A stretch of DNA of 64,000 bases from Promethearchaeota archaeon (GTDB taxonomy: Archaea > Asgardarchaeota > Lokiarchaeia > Sigyniarchaeales > SOKP01): contig JBHLOC010000017.1 of assembly GCA_048940925.1 (NCBI GenBank), positions 1-64,000 of the forward strand, in the 5' to 3' direction. Made by a program: the position numbers and the translations under genes. Below, in pieces: positions 58,313 to 64,000 of the stretch. Under the pieces are notes generated by a model. It was not told where the DNA came from. It did no database searches and saw only the letters and a program-made list of their open reading frames with translations. The first letter of the stretch is position 1; each line of letters starts with the position of its first letter.

Positions 58313-58336
58313 AATATACTAAAAATATAGTATATT
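58313..58336. promoter_or_regulatory. Inverted repeat AATATACTA-N6-TAGTATATT in the divergent promoter region, putative operator
   Basis: Perfect 9-bp arms between the ABC operon and the divergent wHTH regulator. Confidence 0.45.
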
Positions 58337-58572
58337 ATTTCTATATTTTTCTTTTTTTTTATATAAACTTTTCGGTTTTTTCTTTTATTTCGATATAGTT
58401 TTACTAAGTAATAAAGCTTAAGATGTCATTCTATAGGAAATTTTTAAATATAAATTTAAAAACTTTAAATATTATCATTAATGTAAAAAATACTATATTT
58501 ATAGATAAATTTATTTTTTATTATATCAAATATCTTTTATAAGAAGAGGATTTTATAAGTAGAGGAATAATT

Positions 58573-59970
58573 ATGCAAAGAGAATTAAAACCAGATGATG
58601 CCTCAAAAATAATTTTAGAGTCCTATAAAGATATTACGACTGTTTTAAAGGCTGCTGGATCTTCAAAACGACTTGTAATATTGGCATATCTCTTAAAAGG
58701 ACCTAAAAGTTTTTCATTTATGTTGGAACGATTAAAAATTAAGCGTACTACGATTAATCATCATCTCGATCTACTTTTAAGATCAAGATTAATCGAAAAA
58801 GAAGAATGGGGAAGATATCAAATAACCGAAGCTGGTATCGAGTTTATTGTAAATATTATTAAATCCTATCGAGTTATTAGTGATATCAACCAAAATGAAC
58901 AAGAAAAAATATTGAATGAATGGCCTGAATGGCCAGATTTTTTAAAAGAACCTAGAATAATCAACGAGAACAAGGTTAGTAATCCAGCTTTGTACGAAGG
59001 GGGTTGGAATTCCTACATATCCACAATCACGGGAGTTCTAAACTTTTTGGGAGTTCAGCATGATTATGTTTATATAAGCGGTATTACAGGTTATTGCTTT
59101 CTTGTAAGCATACCTGGAATAATTAGAACGTCTCTTATTAAGGAGACTAACCCCCCTGATGCATGGCAAGAAATCTATAGAGGTACTGAATCATTTGGTT
59201 GGAAATTAAATAAATGGGAAGAAAGCAGGAATAGCCCTGGAAAATGGAATTTAATAGGTGAAGATCTTGAATTAGGATTAAAAGTATTCAATCAAGTTAA
59301 AGAAATTATAGATAACGATATACCAGTAATATTATTCGGTATCCACGGTGCAGGTTTCGGGATTATCAATGGTTATAGAAATGATAGTTATCTTGTAAGT
59401 AGTTACTTTCGTAAAGAAGGGCGGAATGAAGTCCCTGTTCGATTCGATCAACTCAGAATACTGGATAAATTTATTTATTATTATTTCGACAAAAAAAAGG
59501 AAATTGAAGAAATTGAAGTTATAGAAAAAGAAGCTTTGGAGCGGGCTTTAGAATTTGCTAAAGGTACAAAATATACCAATAGAGGATACTATGTTGGTCC
59601 TCAAGCATACGATTTCTGGATATATATGCTAAATGAGGGAAAGGAAGAAAATATAGATAAATTTGGTAATAGTGTTTTGGGAATTTATTTTTTTGATGCT
59701 AAAGATGTTACATTCGAGTATTTAGATCGGTTAGCTCGTAAATATAAAAACACCCCACAGGGAGTAAATTTAAAGGAAGCAAGTAAAAGTTATAGGGATG
59801 CTAAAATAAATTTAGAAAAGTTTACTGTACTCTTTCCATACTTCGAACCAGAGAATAGCAATCTTACAATGGATAAAAGGAAGAAAGGTGCAGAAATTCT
59901 TGAAAAAGTAAAGATAAGTGAAACAGAAGCAATCAACAATTTAGAAAAATCAGTCGAAAAATGGACTTAA
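58573..59970 (+). CDS. ArsR-type winged-helix regulator fused to a BtrH/papain-like domain
   Basis: LKAAGSSKRLVILAYL...TTINHHLDLLLRSRLI...YQITEAG; then ISGITGYCF, IDNDIPVIL, GIINGY, GPQAYDFW. Confidence 0.78.
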   Translation: MQRELKPDDASKIILESYKDITTVLKAAGSSKRLVILAYLLKGPKSFSFMLERLKIKRTTINHHLDLLLRSRLIEKEEWGRYQITEAGIEFIVNIIKSYRVISDINQNEQEKILNEWPEWPDFLKEPRIINENKVSNPALYEGGWNSYISTITGVLNFLGVQHDYVYISGITGYCFLVSIPGIIRTSLIKETNPPDAWQEIYRGTESFGWKLNKWEESRNSPGKWNLIGEDLELGLKVFNQVKEIIDNDIPVILFGIHGAGFGIINGYRNDSYLVSSYFRKEGRNEVPVRFDQLRILDKFIYYYFDKKKEIEEIEVIEKEALERALEFAKGTKYTNRGYYVGPQAYDFWIYMLNEGKEENIDKFGNSVLGIYFFDAKDVTFEYLDRLARKYKNTPQGVNLKEASKSYRDAKINLEKFTVLFPYFEPENSNLTMDKRKKGAEILEKVKISETEAINNLEKSVEKWT

Positions 59971-60046
59971 TTATTATCAATTATCTCTTTTCGTTATATT
60001 TATGTTTTAAAATGAAGAAAAATCTATAAATTTAGATAATTTAAAA

Positions 60047-61066
60047 TCATTCGTTCATAGTATATATAAAATTTCTTTCTCCTAGAATTTTATCGATTTC
60101 TTTCATTTGGTCCTTATTTAATGGTCCAAATTCCATTGCTTGAATGTTTTCTTCAACTTGTTTTACTGTTTTAAATCCCGGAATAGGAATTGTTTTGTCG
60201 CTACGAGCCCAATTCCATGATAAAGCACCTTGAGCCATAGAACGCCCATCGCTCATGAGTACTTCTTTTATTTTTTCCAACTTTCCTAACCATTCTGGAT
60301 CTGGTTTTCCCTCTTTGAAATATTTCAACCATTCAGGTGCATTTTTTCCTCTAACATCATTATCAGGTAATTTTGAATTTGCTGAATATTTTCCAGTAAG
60401 TAATCCCATTGCTAGAACTGTTCGATTCACACTTGCCAAATTGTTTTTTTCACATAGCTCGATTATTTCTCTTGTATCATGGAGAACATTTAACTCATGT
60501 TGAATCGCTACACAATTTGAATTCTTCACAAAATATTCAGATAAATCTGAAAGATCTGTACTCCAACCATAAGACTTTATTAATCCCTCACTATTCAATT
60601 CGTCTAGGGTGTCTCTAACAGAAATGAGATCTTCTTTTGAAACAGACCAACAGTGTAACCAATATAAATCAATATAATCTGTATTTAATCGTTTTAAAGA
60701 TGATTCACAAGCTTTTCTAATATATTCTGGCGTTATATTTGTCCCTGTTATTTTTTTACGTTCTTTATCAAAGGTGTTCCCGAATTTTGTAGCTATAATA
60801 ATATCATCTCTACATCCATTAAGTACTTTACCAAGGATTTCTTCACTATGCCCTGCGCCATATACATCTGCTGTGTCAAAGAAATTAACTCCTAAATCTA
60901 TGGCACGATTAATTGCTCTAATTGACTCATTATCATTAACGGTTCCATAACCTGCCTCAGTGCCTTCTACACGAGAAATTGGTCCACCAATAGCCCAGCA
61001 ACCTAAACCTAAAGCACTTACTTTAATTCCTGTTTTTCCTAAAATTCTTTTCTTCATTTTTCCCAT
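60047..61066 (-). CDS. Aldo/keto reductase
   Basis: LGKTGIKVSALGLGCWAIGG, FFDTADVYG, IATKFG, SLKRLNTDYIDLY, IPIPG. Confidence 0.95.
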   Translation of the reverse strand: MGKMKKRILGKTGIKVSALGLGCWAIGGPISRVEGTEAGYGTVNDNESIRAINRAIDLGVNFFDTADVYGAGHSEEILGKVLNGCRDDIIIATKFGNTFDKERKKITGTNITPEYIRKACESSLKRLNTDYIDLYWLHCWSVSKEDLISVRDTLDELNSEGLIKSYGWSTDLSDLSEYFVKNSNCVAIQHELNVLHDTREIIELCEKNNLASVNRTVLAMGLLTGKYSANSKLPDNDVRGKNAPEWLKYFKEGKPDPEWLGKLEKIKEVLMSDGRSMAQGALSWNWARSDKTIPIPGFKTVKQVEENIQAMEFGPLNKDQMKEIDKILGERNFIYTMNE

Positions 61067-61271
61067 TTTGTATCACTCATATATCAGAAAGACAATTAAT
61101 TTTAAATTTCTCATTGTAATAAATAATATTTTTTATTTGTCAACATCGATTTTAATTTTTTTTTATATCTATATTGTGTGAGAGCAACAAAAAACGAAGA
61201 TTACAACCCAGATTAACAAATAAATCTCATTCTATTAAAATATATTAAATTGAGAGAAATTAGATAGGATG

Positions 61272-61591
61272 AATACAACAATTTAATTGTATTTTAAGAA
61301 AAATGAAATTTAAAAATTTAATTAATACGGATAACCATCTGGGGCGTAATTATAATGACTTTCTCATGGGTTTTATATTTTTTCTCGTCTGGATGTATTC
61401 GATACATTTTCTTTACCTCTTAATATTGTAATAAATAGCAATAAAAAATTTAAATGTATTACAATTAATTAAATGTATTCATACTATATAAATATTTCTG
61501 ATTTAAGATAGATTATCAGCTGATAGATATTATTAAATATGATTCAGAAATATTTATGAAGTTTAAGATATTACATTAGATCAGATGTATT
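61272..61591. promoter_or_regulatory. Cluster of TGTATT/AATACA boxes upstream of the ribbon-helix-helix gene
   Basis: Inverted pairs at 61272-61293 and 61393-61407; direct copies at 61452, 61471 and 61585. Confidence 0.5.
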
Positions 61592-61614
61592 TAAAGTGAA
61601 AAATATCTTTTAAC

Positions 61615-62271
61615 GTGAAAAGAGTGCCAAATAAAAAACTTACGTCTAATATAATTACTCTCCGCTTGGATAAATTTATAATTGACGAAATTGAACTTAT
61701 CAAAGATACCTATGGTATCAAATCTACATCAAAGATAATTAAACAAGCACTTAACCAATATCTCACTATGAATCCTATAAATCCCGAAAGACCAAATCCT
61801 AAAGTAATTTTGAGTCATAACATTCTTTCTCGCTTGCTGGAAGCAGCTGATGATAAAACCTTGGAGGAAATGGCTGAGATATCTTTTCAAAACGGAAAAT
61901 CAGATCAAGAACAATGGGAAATTCGGGCCCAGACAAACAATTGTAAATTACCTTGTAAATATATTTCCAGTAATCTTGAACATGTAATCGAATTAACAAA
62001 ATCTGTTTTTACTGTGGATGGTCAAAATTGGCTTGAAAGCGTCTCATACTCACAAAAAGGAAATGAGTTTATTTTTGAAGGAGAACATGACATGGTGCAT
62101 AATTTTTCAATTTTTATTAAATACCTTCTCTCGAAATATTTAGCAGGGGATGGTTATGAATTAATTCAAGAGGATTATTCCCAAATTCGTCGAATTGAAA
62201 AAAATTCTGGTGGGAGTTCTTCTGAAAAGTTATTAAATGGAATGAAACTCCATTTTTCGATCCCTGAATAA
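61615..62271 (+). CDS. Ribbon-helix-helix (CopG/Arc-like) regulator with a putative ligand-binding C-terminal domain
   Basis: IITLRLDKFIIDEIELIKDTYGIKSTSKIIKQALNQYL strand-helix-helix pattern. Confidence 0.72.
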   Translation: MKRVPNKKLTSNIITLRLDKFIIDEIELIKDTYGIKSTSKIIKQALNQYLTMNPINPERPNPKVILSHNILSRLLEAADDKTLEEMAEISFQNGKSDQEQWEIRAQTNNCKLPCKYISSNLEHVIELTKSVFTVDGQNWLESVSYSQKGNEFIFEGEHDMVHNFSIFIKYLLSKYLAGDGYELIQEDYSQIRRIEKNSGGSSSEKLLNGMKLHFSIPE

Positions 62272-62622
62272 TAATCTACAATTATATTCCGAAAAAAGAT
62301 GCATGAAAATTGTGTTTTAGTTGTAACCCACCAGATCGTTAAACTGAGTTGGATTTTTCGATTCTTTCATCTAAATCATCTTTAAAGTTTGCCATTTCAA
62401 TGGAGACTAAGAGGAAATTTTTAAGGTTTATGCTTTTCTTAAATAATCATGCTCTCTTTTATTTTTTTAATTAAAGATTGAGTGATGATTGATTTTATTT
62501 ATTTATATCGAAATAACATAAATTTTATTGAGATCTTAGTATTAAAATTAATATAGTTAGATATAAAAGTAGATCATATTAGAAAAGCTTTATTTAGAAG
62601 GCCTATCCTGGAATTTCTACGA

Positions 62623-63627
62623 CTAAATTGCATTCTCTTTAATAAATTCAATTAATTCATCGACTTTTGTATAGGCTAGGCAAGTAACTGTATCTGCAGC
62701 ACCATAATAGATAGTAATCCGTCCTGTTTTGGAATCTGTTAACATTGAACAAGGAAAAAATACATTTGGTACATCTCCAACGCATTCGTATAGCTTTTGA
62801 GGAGATAGCAAATAAGGTTTTGTTCTATACAAAATTTTCCAAGGTTTTACAAGATCTAATATAGCAGCTCCCATGCTGTAAACAAAACCATTACAAGATG
62901 TTAATACTCCATGATATATCAATAACCATCCAATATTAGTTTCTATAGGGTTTGGTCCCGCTCCAACTTTTGTAGATTGCCAAGTGAAAGGAATAGGTGT
63001 CATGACATGACGATGACAACCCCAATGAATCATATCGGGACTTTCACTATAAAATATATCTCCAAAGGGTGTGTGACCATTATCACTTGGGCGATTTAAC
63101 ATTGCATATTTACCGTTAATTTTCCGAGGGAAAAGAACTCCATTTCTATTGAATGGTAAATAAGCATTTTCCAACTGATAAAAATTCTCAAAATCTTCTG
63201 TATATGCTACACCAATCGTAGGTCCATGATAATCATTACACCAAGTGACAAAATATTTTTGATCTAATTTTACAAGTCGGGGATCATACCCATATTCGAA
63301 ATTAGCAATCTCAGGATCCTCACATATAAATTTGATTGGATTCTCATCTATTTCCCAAGAATATCCATCATCACTGAATCCTCTATGTAATTTCATTTCT
63401 CTGCTTTTATGGTCAACTCTAAAAACTCCTGCAAATTTATTTTTATAAGGGACTACAGCACTATTAAAAATACTATTTGATTTTGGTATTAAATCACGGG
63501 GTATAATGGGATTTTTTGCTGACCTCCACACAACATTTTTGTCATCTGGTGGGCGATCTTCCCAAGGAATATTAGCAAGAGGTTCTCCTATAATTTTAAT
63601 TTTATCGTTCATAATTTTTTGTAGCAC
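62623..63627 (-). CDS. GH130 beta-1,4-mannoside phosphorylase
   Basis: IPWEDRP, KNPII, IFNSAVVP, YDPR, PFNRNGVLFPRKING, RPSDNGHTPFGD, KVGAG, YHGV, GDVPNVFFP, YYGAAD. Confidence 0.93.
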   Translation of the reverse strand: MLQKIMNDKIKIIGEPLANIPWEDRPPDDKNVVWRSAKNPIIPRDLIPKSNSIFNSAVVPYKNKFAGVFRVDHKSREMKLHRGFSDDGYSWEIDENPIKFICEDPEIANFEYGYDPRLVKLDQKYFVTWCNDYHGPTIGVAYTEDFENFYQLENAYLPFNRNGVLFPRKINGKYAMLNRPSDNGHTPFGDIFYSESPDMIHWGCHRHVMTPIPFTWQSTKVGAGPNPIETNIGWLLIYHGVLTSCNGFVYSMGAAILDLVKPWKILYRTKPYLLSPQKLYECVGDVPNVFFPCSMLTDSKTGRITIYYGAADTVTCLAYTKVDELIEFIKENAI

Positions 63628-63747
63628 TAAATTATCACTTTAAAATACATAAATTAGGATATAAATCTAAGTAAAATTAAAAAACACTATCTTTTGACCT
63701 TTTTTATATTTACTCTATATTTTACATATAATTGATTAAATTAATTT

Positions 63748-64000
63748 TCACATAGTATGTCTCTCATGTAAATGTTGATAAATGATTACACAAAATAAAT
63801 AACTTATAATTCCAGTGATAAATCCAAATAAATGAGAGATATAATTAATATTGGGGTCGATGGTATAGATATAGAAAAAAATGCAAATAGGAATGTATAT
63901 TATTAACCAATTATATTTTTTCTTTACAATTAAGATAATAATAAATGCTCCAGCTAGTCCAAATATAGCTCCTGAGGCACCAGCTGATAATATAGAAGTA
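63748..64000 (-). CDS. Rhomboid-family intramembrane serine protease, C-terminal part (5' end outside the window)
   Basis: Not in the ORF track. Manual translation: SAGASGAIFGLAGA...INYISHLFGFITG, i.e. catalytic GxSG and HxxG; stop TGA at 63748-63750. Confidence 0.85.
   Translation of the reverse strand, partial: TSILSAGASGAIFGLAGAFIIILIVKKKYNWLIIYIPICIFFYIYTIDPNINYISHLFGFITGIISYLFCVIIYQHLHERHTM

Noticed and set aside
2572-61999. About 30 short ORFs antisense to or nested in long genes (e.g. 2572-2802, 3029-3292, 6854-7111, 26023-26337, 35626-35946, 49101-49430, 57219-57518)
   Set aside because: Shadow frames of well-supported genes; no motifs, and composition typical of reverse-strand translation.
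62272-62460. Possible pseudogene fragment on the minus strand (MANFKDDLDERIEKSNSV*RSGGLQ...)
   Set aside because: Short, interrupted, and not recognisable as any family by eye.
1-64000. Mobile elements, prophage or defence systems
   Set aside because: No transposase, integrase, capsid, restriction-modification, toxin-antitoxin or Cas motifs were recognised in any ORF.

Overview
Very AT-rich (roughly 27-30% GC by eye) archaeal chromosomal DNA, almost certainly Asgard (Lokiarchaeia/Promethearchaeota). Markers are an HMf-type histone, TFB, a proteasome beta subunit, NOG1, archaeal-type ProRS, a two-domain gelsolin, a RING-finger protein, an EMC3/TMCO1 homologue and Loki-CTERM-like C-terminal anchors. 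Order of blocks: (1) MaoC dehydratase pair, methanofuran genes mfnE/mfnF, NOG1, asd, type II pantothenate kinase, hxlB-like; (2) histone with a 730-bp upstream region holding a degenerate ~180-bp tandem repeat; (3) Thr1-less proteasome beta subunit followed by a coiled-coil RING protein; (4) gelsolin and a small stand-alone protein sharing the same C-terminal Zn ribbon, beside a dual-specificity phosphatase and a long coiled-coil protein; (5) a ~18-kb redox/lipid block: acyl-CoA dehydrogenase, CCG Fe-S proteins, GlcD-like oxidoreductases, a GlpA-type G3P dehydrogenase trio, LarA, a membrane esterase, TFB and a PlsY/lipid-kinase fusion; (6) proS; (7) a beta-glycan utilisation locus (GH94 cellobiose phosphorylase, Opp-type ABC transporter, GH130 phosphorylase, two regulators). 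No rRNA, tRNA, CRISPR array or transposase was recognised. Best candidates for new biology: the PlsY/CTP-dependent kinase fusion, the shared gelsolin Zn-ribbon module, three apparent near-cognate (ATT/ACG) start codons each followed by Pro, the 180-bp repeat and GATC clusters at the histone and TFB promoters, and a relic duplication of a gene 3' end that marks an old insertion. All family calls come from motif recognition by eye; no database searches were run.
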